From: an uncultured Candidatus Saccharibacteria bacterium
GTDB lineage: Bacteria > Patescibacteriota > Minisyncoccia > Portnoybacterales > UBA2143
Length of the DNA stretch: 44,093 nucleotides
Direction: 5' to 3'
NCBI GenBank assembly: GCA_964565215.1
Contig: CAZMCO010000004.1
Location: 1 to 44,093 of the forward strand
Shown piece by piece: positions 16,649 through 24,811 of the stretch. Position numbers and translations under genes: made by a program. Each line of letters starts with the position of its first letter. The stretch's first letter is position 1. The notes under the pieces were generated by a model. That model was given only the letters and a program-made list of their open reading frames with translations, did not search any database and was not told where the DNA came from.

Positions 16649-17622
16649 AATTTTTTACCGACAAATTCAGCGAACTCGGCTAACCGACAGGCATAGCCCC
16701 ATTCATTATCATACCAAGCTAAAATCTTAATTAAATTCCCTCCCTGAACCATGGTTGAAAGCGAATCAACAATAGCGGAAGCTGGATTGCCTCGATAGTC
16801 AACCGAAACTAAGGGAGTATTCTCAACAGCTAAAATATCTTTTAATTCTTCTTGAGCTGCTTTTTTAAAGGCTTGGTTAACTTCTTCGACTGTTGTATCT
16901 TTCTTAACTTTAGCCACAAAATCAATTAAAGAAACCACTGGGGTAGGCACTCGAATAGCCAAACCATGGATTTTCCCTTTTAATTCTGGAATGGTCTTAG
17001 TCACGGCAATAACCGCTCCAGTAGTCGTCGGCACCATTGACAAAGCGGCTGAACGAGCTCGCCGCAAATCTTTGTGAGGTAAATCAAGTAATCGCTGGTC
17101 ATTAGTATAGCTATGAATTGTTGTCATTAGACCAGATTCTATCTTAAAATTATCATCAAGAATTTTGGCCACCGGAGCTAAACAGTTAGTTGTACAGGAA
17201 CCCATGGAAACAATTTCATCTTTTTCTTGATTATATTTTTCTTGATTAACTCCTAAAACAAAATGAGCTACTTCTGGACTCTTAGAAGGAGCAGAAATAA
17301 TCACTTTTTTAGCTCCGGCCTCTAAATGTTTTTTAGCCTTCTCAAAATTAGTAAAAAGACCAGTACATTCTAAAACCACATCTATTCCCATTTCTTGCCA
17401 AGGAAGTTTAGACGGATCTTTTTCAGCTAAAACCTTATCAGTTGCGAAAGTTTTCTCATACTTTCCGTAAACCGAATCGTACTTTAACAAATGGGCCAGG
17501 GTCTTGGCATCGGTCAGATCATTAATAGCCTTCACTTCTAAATCTGGATGTTTGTCTAAAATACGACGGAAAACCGTCCGGCCTATCCGGCCAAAGCCAT
17601 TAATAGCAATTTTAATAGCCAT
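16645..17622 (-). CDS. gap: Glyceraldehyde-3-phosphate dehydrogenase (type I)
   Basis: INGFGRIGR, SCTTNCLAP, RVPT, WYDNEWGY; SD AAAAGGAG. Confidence 0.98.
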   Translation of the reverse strand: MAIKIAINGFGRIGRTVFRRILDKHPDLEVKAINDLTDAKTLAHLLKYDSVYGKYEKTFATDKVLAEKDPSKLPWQEMGIDVVLECTGLFTNFEKAKKHLEAGAKKVIISAPSKSPEVAHFVLGVNQEKYNQEKDEIVSMGSCTTNCLAPVAKILDDNFKIESGLMTTIHSYTNDQRLLDLPHKDLRRARSAALSMVPTTTGAVIAVTKTIPELKGKIHGLAIRVPTPVVSLIDFVAKVKKDTTVEEVNQAFKKAAQEELKDILAVENTPLVSVDYRGNPASAIVDSLSTMVQGGNLIKILAWYDNEWGYACRLAEFAEFVGKKL

Positions 17623-17640
17623 AATAATTTCTCCTTTTTG

Positions 17641-17880
17641 TTAATCTTTGATATTTAAAATCTGACAAATTCTTTCTCTATCAAAGCCAATAATAATCTG
17701 ACCGTCTATCTCTACCACCGGTACACCCATTTGACCTGTTTTATTAATCATTTCTTCCCTAGCTTTGGCATCTTCAGCCACATTAACATCTTCATAATCA
17801 AAGCCGTGTTCATCTAAAAATGCTTTAACAGTATAACAATAGGGACAGCTGGATGTTGAATAAACTTTTATTGTTGGCAT
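17641..17880 (-). CDS. Glutaredoxin-like protein (YruB/NrdH type)
   Basis: CPYC, GQMGVPV, IGFD. Confidence 0.93.
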   Translation of the reverse strand: MPTIKVYSTSSCPYCYTVKAFLDEHGFDYEDVNVAEDAKAREEMINKTGQMGVPVVEIDGQIIIGFDRERICQILNIKD

Positions 17881-18776
17881 AAATATTGATAAGCTGAAAG
17901 AGCTGCCTTGGCCCCCTCGCCAGCCACCACGACAATCTGCTTATGAGATACATCTGTGACATCGCCAGCGGCAAAAATATTGGCCTGACTAGTCCTATTT
18001 TGAGAATCTATTTTAATCTCTCCTTCTTTATTTAATTCTACCACATCTTTAACCAAAGAGGAATTAGCTGTTGAACCAATAGCAATAAAAATTCCTTCCA
18101 AGGCTATCTCTTTAACTTTTTTAGAAGAACGCTCTTGATAAACTAAACCATTAACCAATTGTTCTCCCTTAATTTCTTTAATTTCAACATCAGTTAAAAT
18201 ATTAATCTTAGGGTTCTTTTTTATCTTTTCTTGGAGATATTTATCAGCTGCTAATTGAGGCGAAAATCCTAAAAGATATATTTTTGAAGCATAGGCAGTA
18301 AGTTGAAAAGCCGTTCCTAAGCCAGCATTGCCGCCACCAATAACAGCCACCTTTTTATTTTTAAAAAGAGGGGCATCGCAGGTTGCACAATAACTAACTC
18401 CTTGACCAATAAATTTTTCTTCACTAGGCAAACCCAGTTTTTTAGGCAGACAACCAGCAGCAACAATAATCGCCCTACCCTTATAAGAATCATTTGTTGT
18501 TTTTACTTCAATCAAGTCATCAGCCAAAACGACTTCTTTTACTTTAAGACCTTCTTTAATTTCAAGTTCATTTTTTTTCAACTGATTAACCATTTTATTA
18601 ACTAAATCTAAACCAGTAATATGTTCAAATCCGGGATAATTTTCTACCCAAGGGGCTAAAGCTGCCTGGCCGCCCCAATCCTGACAAATTAAAATGGTCT
18701 TTAATTTTTTCCGAGCCGCGTAAATACCCGCACTAATAGCGGCTGGCCCGCCGCCAATAATAATTAAATCATACAT
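17868..18776 (-). CDS. trxB: Thioredoxin-disulfide reductase (TrxB/AhpF-C type)
   Basis: GGGPA, ENYPG, GVSYCATCD, GGGNAG, FAAGD. Confidence 0.93.
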   Translation of the reverse strand: MYDLIIIGGGPAAISAGIYAARKKLKTILICQDWGGQAALAPWVENYPGFEHITGLDLVNKMVNQLKKNELEIKEGLKVKEVVLADDLIEVKTTNDSYKGRAIIVAAGCLPKKLGLPSEEKFIGQGVSYCATCDAPLFKNKKVAVIGGGNAGLGTAFQLTAYASKIYLLGFSPQLAADKYLQEKIKKNPKINILTDVEIKEIKGEQLVNGLVYQERSSKKVKEIALEGIFIAIGSTANSSLVKDVVELNKEGEIKIDSQNRTSQANIFAAGDVTDVSHKQIVVVAGEGAKAALSAYQYLCQQ

Positions 18777-18806
18777 AATAAAATTGTATCACAAAACAGA
18801 AAAATA

Positions 18807-18859
18807 AAAAAATCCTGACCGAGTGAATTAGTCACAATTATTTTTGGTCAGGATTTTTT
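18807..18859. terminator. Terminator-like inverted repeat overlapping the stop of 18848..19030
   Basis: 14-bp IR AAAAAATCCTGACC/GGTCAGGATTTTTT enclosing a GTGA..TCAC sub-hairpin. Confidence 0.6.
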
Positions 18860-19030
18860 AGACTTATAGACAGTTACTATACGTCGGGATTTTCCTATGC
18901 TAATTACTATCGAGCCAGTCTCTCCTTTATATCTACCCTTTGGCAAAAAACCAACTATTTTTTTATCTATAAGGTTATTTATTATCTCACGAGCCATATC
19001 TTCTATTTTTTTCTTAAAGCTATCAGCCAC
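18848..19030 (-). CDS. Small basic hypothetical protein (60 aa)
   Basis: GTG start with full SD AAGGAGGTGAT (19035-19045). Confidence 0.7.
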   Translation of the reverse strand: MADSFKKKIEDMAREIINNLIDKKIVGFLPKGRYKGETGSIVISIGKSRRIVTVYKSKKS

Positions 19031-19063
19031 CTAAATCACCTCCTTATTAAATTGTTAAAAAGC

Positions 19064-19756
19064 TTATTGATTAAGCTCCTGCTCAATTATTTTTTCAAAT
19101 TGGCTATAGGGTTGGTTGCCGACAATTAACTGGTTATTGATAAGAAAACTTGGCGTGCCAGCAATATCAGCTTCCTGGGCTTGATTAAACCAATTCATCA
19201 CTCTTTCTTGATATCTGCCTGAATCAAAACACTGATTAAAACTATCTTGATTTAAACTCAAACTGCCAGCCATTGCCTTGAGCCAATCAGCCACTATCAT
19301 CATTAAATCATCCTCTGAAGCAGCTTTTTCGGTTTGTTTAATAAGTTCCTGATTATGTTCAAAAAGATATCCATCAACTTGCTGAAATTTCCCCTGCTCT
19401 TGGGCGCAAAGAAGAGCTTGACCTAATTCTGAAGGAGAAAGACGCCGAGGAATGAACTTAACCTGACCGATCTTAATATATTTTTCCATAATCAAAGGTA
19501 GGGTCTGTAAATGGAAATTAGCACAATGACCGCAGAAATGACTGGAATATTCTATGATGGTTACTGGCGCTTCTGGACTGCCTAAAATAAATTCTTCCTC
19601 AACTGGCTGAAGTGATTCTCCTTGGCCGGGATTATTCCCCAAAACAGAAGCCATCTGGCCAGTCATTGATAAATCACTCTGATTAGCATACCAAACTACT
19701 CCGCCTAAAACAGCCAGAGCGACTATTCCTAAAATAATTGTTTTTTTGTTAGTCAT
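19064..19756 (-). CDS. Membrane-anchored DsbA/BdbD-like thiol-disulfide oxidoreductase
   Basis: N-terminal TM, LGSPEAPVTIIEY, CGHC, GTPSF. Confidence 0.92.
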   Translation of the reverse strand: MTNKKTIILGIVALAVLGGVVWYANQSDLSMTGQMASVLGNNPGQGESLQPVEEEFILGSPEAPVTIIEYSSHFCGHCANFHLQTLPLIMEKYIKIGQVKFIPRRLSPSELGQALLCAQEQGKFQQVDGYLFEHNQELIKQTEKAASEDDLMMIVADWLKAMAGSLSLNQDSFNQCFDSGRYQERVMNWFNQAQEADIAGTPSFLINNQLIVGNQPYSQFEKIIEQELNQ

Positions 19757-19873
19757 AACAGTTATAATATATCACAAATTGAAAATAATAGCAATATCTA
19801 TTTCGACTTGATTTTTTTCTGTATATTTTTTAATATTAAATTAGATACTAAAAAATAAAAAAGGAGGTAAAAA

Positions 19874-20383
19874 ATGAAGATTGCCATTGCTGGCGCTCAC
19901 GGCGTAGGAAAGACTACCTTTGCTAAGGACTTAGCTAAAAAGCTAAATATTAATTATATCCATGACATTGTCAGAGAGGAAGCTATAAAGAAAGGATTTG
20001 TCATAAACGAAAGTACCCCACCAGAAGTTCAACTTTGGCTAGTTTGCAGACAATGGGAATTAGAGAAGATTACTCCTGAAAGCTGGGTAGCTGACAAATC
20101 CCTACTTGACTACTTGGTTTATGGAGAAATAATTTTAAAGGACGACAACTTGAAGAAAATAATTAGAGAGATAGTCAAACGCAATGCCCGCTATGATCCA
20201 GTCTTTTATCTTCCTATTGAATTTCCCATGGAACTTGACGGGGTAAGAAGTGAAGATGAAGAGTTCCAAAAAGAGGTGGACGACCGTTACAAAGAGACAT
20301 TAGAAGAATTCGGAATAAAGTACATCGTGGTTTCTGGCTCGCCCGAGGAAAGAATAAAGCAATCCTTAGCACATTTAAAATAA
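19874..20383 (+). CDS. NadR/Ttd14-like P-loop kinase (AAA_28)
   Basis: Walker A GAHGVGKTT, DKSLLD, YDPVFY, DGVR, GSPEER; SD AAAGGAGGT. Confidence 0.85.
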   Translation: MKIAIAGAHGVGKTTFAKDLAKKLNINYIHDIVREEAIKKGFVINESTPPEVQLWLVCRQWELEKITPESWVADKSLLDYLVYGEIILKDDNLKKIIREIVKRNARYDPVFYLPIEFPMELDGVRSEDEEFQKEVDDRYKETLEEFGIKYIVVSGSPEERIKQSLAHLK

Positions 20384-20402
20384 AAAAATTAGTATTTCTG
20401 TT

Positions 20403-21278
20403 TTACAGAAATAAAAGACCTTCTTTCTTAAGAAGGTCTTTTTTTATCCTAACTCCTTGATTATATCCTCCTAATCGTCCATCGGAACGAATGACCCGAT
20501 GACAAGGCACTTGAGAATCAGTGTTTTTATTAAGAATATTACCAATTGCCCGATAAGCTTGCGGCTGACCGATCTTTTGAGCCACCTCTTGATAAGTCAT
20601 TACTTGGCCACGAGAAATCTGACTAACAATATAATAGACTTTTTCTGAAAAAGGCAAATTAGCAAAAACTGGTCTAAAACTTTTACGGTGAATTTGACAG
20701 GGACCAAACTTAGTTAATTTTTCTACGTGGAGCTTTGTCCCATATCCTTTATGTTGAGCAAACCCATATTCTGGATATTTTTGTTCAAGCCGTTCCATTA
20801 ATCTATCTCGACTAACTTTAGCCATAATTGAAGCTAAAGACAAGAGAAAGATTTTTTGGTCACCTTTAATAATTGGTCGCTGGGCTATTTTTAAATGAGG
20901 TATTTCCATTTTTCCATCTAAAAATAAAAAATTTGGCTGCAGATTAAGTTTTTTTAAAGACCGCCGCCAAGTTAAAAGAGTCGCCTGCCAAATATTAATT
21001 CGGTCAATTACTTTTGGCCAGACAAAACTAACTCGCCACTCAATCTTCGGTTCATTTTTAACCATCTCAAAAATTTCTTCTCTTTGCTTGGCCGTCAATA
21101 ATTTAGAATCCCTAAGGGTATGTATTTTAAGGCGCGTCCTTGAAATACATACCCTTTTGAGAGTGACAATAGCGGCGGCAACTGGCCCGGCCAAAGAACC
21201 ACGACCAACTTCGTCAATACCAGCTATTATCTGATAACCTTTTCTAAAAACTGATTTTTCCTGATTAGAAAGAATCAT
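20403..21278 (-). CDS. rnhB: Ribonuclease HII fused to a C-terminal MGMT/Ogt (O6-alkylguanine transferase) domain
   Basis: GIDEVGRGSLAGP, DSK, KGD, ASIMAKVSRD, KGYGT, HRKSF; then in frame TYQEVA..RAIG..N..PCHRVIRSDGRLGGY. Confidence 0.93.
   Translation of the reverse strand: MILSNQEKSVFRKGYQIIAGIDEVGRGSLAGPVAAAIVTLKRVCISRTRLKIHTLRDSKLLTAKQREEIFEMVKNEPKIEWRVSFVWPKVIDRINIWQATLLTWRRSLKKLNLQPNFLFLDGKMEIPHLKIAQRPIIKGDQKIFLLSLASIMAKVSRDRLMERLEQKYPEYGFAQHKGYGTKLHVEKLTKFGPCQIHRKSFRPVFANLPFSEKVYYIVSQISRGQVMTYQEVAQKIGQPQAYRAIGNILNKNTDSQVPCHRVIRSDGRLGGYNQGVRIKKDLLKKEGLLFL
21114..21156. repeat. REP-like palindrome inside rnhB
   Basis: 19-bp arms AAGGGTATGTATTTTAAGG/CCTTGAAATACATACCCTT (one mismatch) around CGCGT. 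Confidence 0.8.
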
Positions 21279-22240
21279 TTTGCCTTGACTAAATTCGGCG
21301 GGGTTTGGCCTTCTAAGGCAGCGATGATGTTTTGGGCGGCCATTTCAGACATTTTGTCGCGGGTTTCTTTAGTAGCTGAAGCAATATGAGGAGTTAAAAC
21401 AACATTTTCTAATTCAGTTAAACCAGGCGTTAATTCCGGCTCATTCTCATAAACATCAAGAGCCGCTCCAGCAATTTCTTTATTTTTCAAAACCTCTAAG
21501 AGCGCCTTTTCATCAATTATTGGGCCACGGGCTGTATTAATCAAATAAGCTGTTGGCTTGATCATCTTTAATCTCTCGGCATTAATCAAATGTTTTGTCT
21601 CCTTTGTTAAAGCGGTATGTAAACTAACAAAATCAGCTTCTTTTAATAAATCATCTAATTCTCGATATTCTATATTATACTTCTTTTCTAATTCCTCATT
21701 ACGCTTAACATCAAAATAAATAATTTTTACTTCAAAGCCATCCTGCATCCGTTGAGCAACTGATGAACCAATCCGGCCTAAACCAACAATGCCCAAAGTT
21801 CTTCCCTTAATATCAGCTCCTAAAAGAAGTTTGGGTCCCCAGACCTTGAATTTGCCGGCCCGAGTATATCTATCTGCTTCAACAATTCTTTCAGCAATGG
21901 CAAAAAGCAAAGCAATAGTATGTTCAGCCACTGCTTCGGTTAAAACGCCAGGCGTGTTAGTGACCATAATCTCTCTTTTCTTGGCTTCAGCCAGATCAAT
22001 ATTATTATAGCCAACCGCATAATTAGCCACAATCTTCAACTGTTGACCAGCTGTCTCCATCACTTGGCCGTCAATTTTTTCCGTTAGAACTGACAAAATA
22101 GCCTCAACCCCCTTAACGCCTTTTAATAATTCCTCCTGTGATATTTTTCCTTCTGGGCCAATAGAAACTTCCCAGCCCTTTTCTTTTAATAAATTGATTC
22201 CTTTTTCAGGAATCTGCCGCGTAATAAATATTTTTGGCAT
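21275..22240 (-). CDS. D-2-hydroxyacid dehydrogenase (glyoxylate reductase/D-glycerate dehydrogenase)
   Basis: VGYNNID, TNTPG, GLGRIG, NTARG, DVYENEP, PHIAS; SD AAGGAG supports start 22240 (MPKIF). Confidence 0.93.
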   Translation of the reverse strand: MPKIFITRQIPEKGINLLKEKGWEVSIGPEGKISQEELLKGVKGVEAILSVLTEKIDGQVMETAGQQLKIVANYAVGYNNIDLAEAKKREIMVTNTPGVLTEAVAEHTIALLFAIAERIVEADRYTRAGKFKVWGPKLLLGADIKGRTLGIVGLGRIGSSVAQRMQDGFEVKIIYFDVKRNEELEKKYNIEYRELDDLLKEADFVSLHTALTKETKHLINAERLKMIKPTAYLINTARGPIIDEKALLEVLKNKEIAGAALDVYENEPELTPGLTELENVVLTPHIASATKETRDKMSEMAAQNIIAALEGQTPPNLVKAK

Positions 22241-22277
22241 AAATATTTCTCCTTTCAATTTAAGTATAGCATATTTT

Positions 22278-23420
22278 CTAAAATTTATCATCCTTAATAT
22301 CTTTTCTAATCTTTTTCATAAATTGATAAATAAACCAAAGGTTGTGAAAAGTAGCTAAACAAGGACCAAGCATTTCTTTGGTCTTAAAGAGATGGTGAAG
22401 ATAAGCCCGGCTGAAATTTCGGCAGGTGTAACAAGCACAGTTCTTCATGATTGGTTTTTTATCTCTTTGAAAAGATGAGTTTAAGATATTCAATTCCCCT
22501 GACCCGGTTAAAAAAGTGCCGTGACGGGCTAAGCGAGTCGGATAAACGCAGTCAAAAAGGTCAACGCCTTTTTTTATTGCTTTAAGCAAATCCTCGGGCT
22601 GACCAATACCTAAAAGATGACAAGGTTTTTGCTCTGGTATTTCTGGAATAACCCAATCCAGAATCTTAAACATATCCTTTTTGGTTTTACCTAAGGAACC
22701 GCCAATAGCTAAACCATCAAAAGGCAATTGACTGATAAATTGAGCGCTCTTTATTCTTAAATCCGGCCACTGACCACCCTGAATAATGCCAAAAAGAAAT
22801 TGGTCTTTCCTCTCTTTTGTCTGGAGACAGATTTCAGCCCAGCGATGGGTTCTTTCTATGGCTCGTTGAGTATATTGTTTAGTAGCTAAGGGAGAAGTAC
22901 ATTCATCAAAAGCCAAAATTATATCCGCCCCTAAGGCCTCCTGAATCTGGATTGATTTTTGGGGAGTCAAGCGATGCTTAGAGCCATCTAAATGAGAACT
23001 AAATTCTACCCCTTGTTGGTCTATTTTGGCTAATTTTTGTTTGACTGGTTTCTTTAGTTTCTTAAAATTTTCTGGGAAAATTCCAGCTATTTTGCCTACC
23101 CCATGTTCTAAGCCAAAACCTAAACTAAAAACCTGGAAGCCGCCGCTGTCAGTAATAATCGGTCCGGGCCAATTCATAAACTGGTGTAAGCCGCCCAATT
23201 TTTGAATAATTTTATGACCGGGTCGCAAATAGAGATGATAAGTATTACAAAGCAGAGCTGGAAAACCTATTTCTTTTAAATCAGCTGGAGTTAAACTTTT
23301 AATTGTTGCCTGGGTAGCCACCGGTAAAAAAGCCGGCGTCTTAATTTGACCATGCGGCGTTTTAATCAAGCCCAAGCGGGCTTTTGATTTTTTACTTTTT
23401 TTGAGAATTTTGAAAAACAT
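22278..23420 (-). CDS. tgt: tRNA-guanine transglycosylase
   Basis: NTYHL, TDSGGFQ, FDEC, GIIQGG, HLLGIG, DLFDCV, CACYTC zinc site. Confidence 0.96.
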   Translation of the reverse strand: MFFKILKKSKKSKARLGLIKTPHGQIKTPAFLPVATQATIKSLTPADLKEIGFPALLCNTYHLYLRPGHKIIQKLGGLHQFMNWPGPIITDSGGFQVFSLGFGLEHGVGKIAGIFPENFKKLKKPVKQKLAKIDQQGVEFSSHLDGSKHRLTPQKSIQIQEALGADIILAFDECTSPLATKQYTQRAIERTHRWAEICLQTKERKDQFLFGIIQGGQWPDLRIKSAQFISQLPFDGLAIGGSLGKTKKDMFKILDWVIPEIPEQKPCHLLGIGQPEDLLKAIKKGVDLFDCVYPTRLARHGTFLTGSGELNILNSSFQRDKKPIMKNCACYTCRNFSRAYLHHLFKTKEMLGPCLATFHNLWFIYQFMKKIRKDIKDDKF

Positions 23421-23859
23421 TAATCCGATAACCAGCTATTCCAAAAGCGACCGCCACATTGAGCGATTCTTTCTGACCAAACATTGGCAAATGAATAATC
23501 TGGTCAGCCCTTTTTATCACAGCCGAAGAAACTCCTTTAATTTCATTACCAATTACTAAGGCCAAAGGAAATTTGGGCTTAAATTGAGTATAAGGCAAAC
23601 TATCTTTTGTTTGTTCTAAGACAACCACTGAAACTTTTTCTTTTTGCAATTTTTCCACTAGTCGCCAAACTTGCCAATAATGCTGCCAAGGAATATTTTT
23701 TTCAGCCCCTAAAGCGGTCTTGTTAATTTTAGGATGGGGCGGCTGTCCGCAAATGCCAGTTAAAAAAATCTTATCCACTCCTAAAGCATCGGCTGTCCGA
23801 AAAATAGAGCCGATATTTTCTAAGCTGCGAATATTGTCACAAACTACATAAAAAGGCAT
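23392..23859 (-). CDS. TrmH/SpoU family RNA methyltransferase
   Basis: DNIRSLENIGSIFRT, GNEIKGV, ESLNVAVA SPOUT motifs. Confidence 0.93.
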   Translation of the reverse strand: MPFYVVCDNIRSLENIGSIFRTADALGVDKIFLTGICGQPPHPKINKTALGAEKNIPWQHYWQVWRLVEKLQKEKVSVVVLEQTKDSLPYTQFKPKFPLALVIGNEIKGVSSAVIKRADQIIHLPMFGQKESLNVAVAFGIAGYRINVFQNSQKK

Positions 23860-23861
23860 AA

Positions 23862-23880
23862 TTCAAGGCGCGTCCTTAAA
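23862..23880. repeat. Second copy of the AAGGCGCGTCCTT palindrome core, in the trmH leader
   Basis: TTCAAGGCGCGTCCTTAAA; 13-nt core identical to 21129-21141. Confidence 0.7.
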
Positions 23881-23939
23881 GTATAAACTCTCTCTTCTTG
23901 CTTTTCAAGCTTGACTAATTTATATACAGATGCTATAAT
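23880..23939. promoter_or_regulatory. Back-to-back divergent sigma70 promoters (trmH operon on minus, rlpA on plus)
   Basis: Minus TTGAAA-17-TATACT (23908-23880); plus TTGACT-17-TATAAT with extended TG (23911-23939). Confidence 0.7.
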
Positions 23940-23972
23940 ATAGAAAATAAAATTATAGGAGGGTATTAGCAC

Positions 23973-24491
23973 ATGAAAAAAAGAATAATGGTTGGACTAT
24001 TGGGAATGATTGTTTGTCTTTTTTCAACAACTAGCTGGGCTTACTTAGCTAAAGTTAGTTGGTATGGAAAGCCGTTCCACGGCAGAATAACAGCCAATGG
24101 AGAAAAATATAATATGCATTGTTCTTCTACGGCTGCCCATAAGACATTACCCTTTGGGACTAAAGTCAAAATCGCTAATCCTAGAAACGATCAAAGTATT
24201 GTCGTCCGGATTACTGATAGAGGTCCTTATGTCTTTGACCGAGAATTTGATCTCTCTTATGGAGCCGCTAAAAAGATAGGACTGACTAAAAATGGCGTAG
24301 AATTGCTAAAGATAAGCGTTTTGGGAACTCATTCACCATTCTATCTCTATCGGGTAAAAAAAGGAAACACATTGTGGCGATTATTCGGGACAAATTGGAA
24401 AACTGTAGCCCGAATAAATAAAATTTCTCCCAAGAAAATAAGACCAGGGATGAAATTACTTATCCCTTACCATTGGGATGAGGTCTTCTAA
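23973..24491 (+). CDS. rlpA: RlpA-family lytic transglycosylase (DPBB) with C-terminal LysM
   Basis: Signal peptide, SWYG, TANGE, AAHKTLPFGT, ITDRGP, FDLS; LysM YRVKKGNTLW...IRPGMKLLIP. Confidence 0.9.
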   Translation: MKKRIMVGLLGMIVCLFSTTSWAYLAKVSWYGKPFHGRITANGEKYNMHCSSTAAHKTLPFGTKVKIANPRNDQSIVVRITDRGPYVFDREFDLSYGAAKKIGLTKNGVELLKISVLGTHSPFYLYRVKKGNTLWRLFGTNWKTVARINKISPKKIRPGMKLLIPYHWDEVF

Positions 24492-24493
24492 GT

Positions 24494-24533
24494 AAAAAGG
24501 CTCATGCTAAATTAGCATGAGCCTTCTTTTTTT
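24494..24533. terminator. Bidirectional intrinsic terminator
   Basis: IR AAGGCTCATGCTAA/TTAGCATGAGCCTT flanked by A and T tracts between convergent genes. Confidence 0.85.
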
Positions 24534-24762
24534 AAGAAAAAATCCCCCTGGCGATATCAATGGCTGGTCCCCATTGATGATCAGGCACCCATAAATCCGA
24601 TGGATGACTAATATTTTTATCATATCTGGTTACACTGGCCTTACGGACTTTGCCTTTCTTTTTAACAAAACTGATATCAAAGTTGCCAACTGCTAATTGG
24701 ACACTACGTACTCGTCCATTGGGTCGTTCCACTTTTAAAACCCTTACTTCAACGTTACTCAT
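24532..24762 (-). CDS. Small basic hypothetical protein (76 aa)
   Basis: SD AAAGGAGG; promoter TTGACA-17-TATTAT (24822-24794); terminator downstream. Confidence 0.75.
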   Translation of the reverse strand: MSNVEVRVLKVERPNGRVRSVQLAVGNFDISFVKKKGKVRKASVTRYDKNISHPSDLWVPDHQWGPAIDIARGIFS

Positions 24763-24811
24763 CTTAATCCTCCTTTTTTAAAGTACTGAATTTATAATAA
24801 CAAATAAATAT

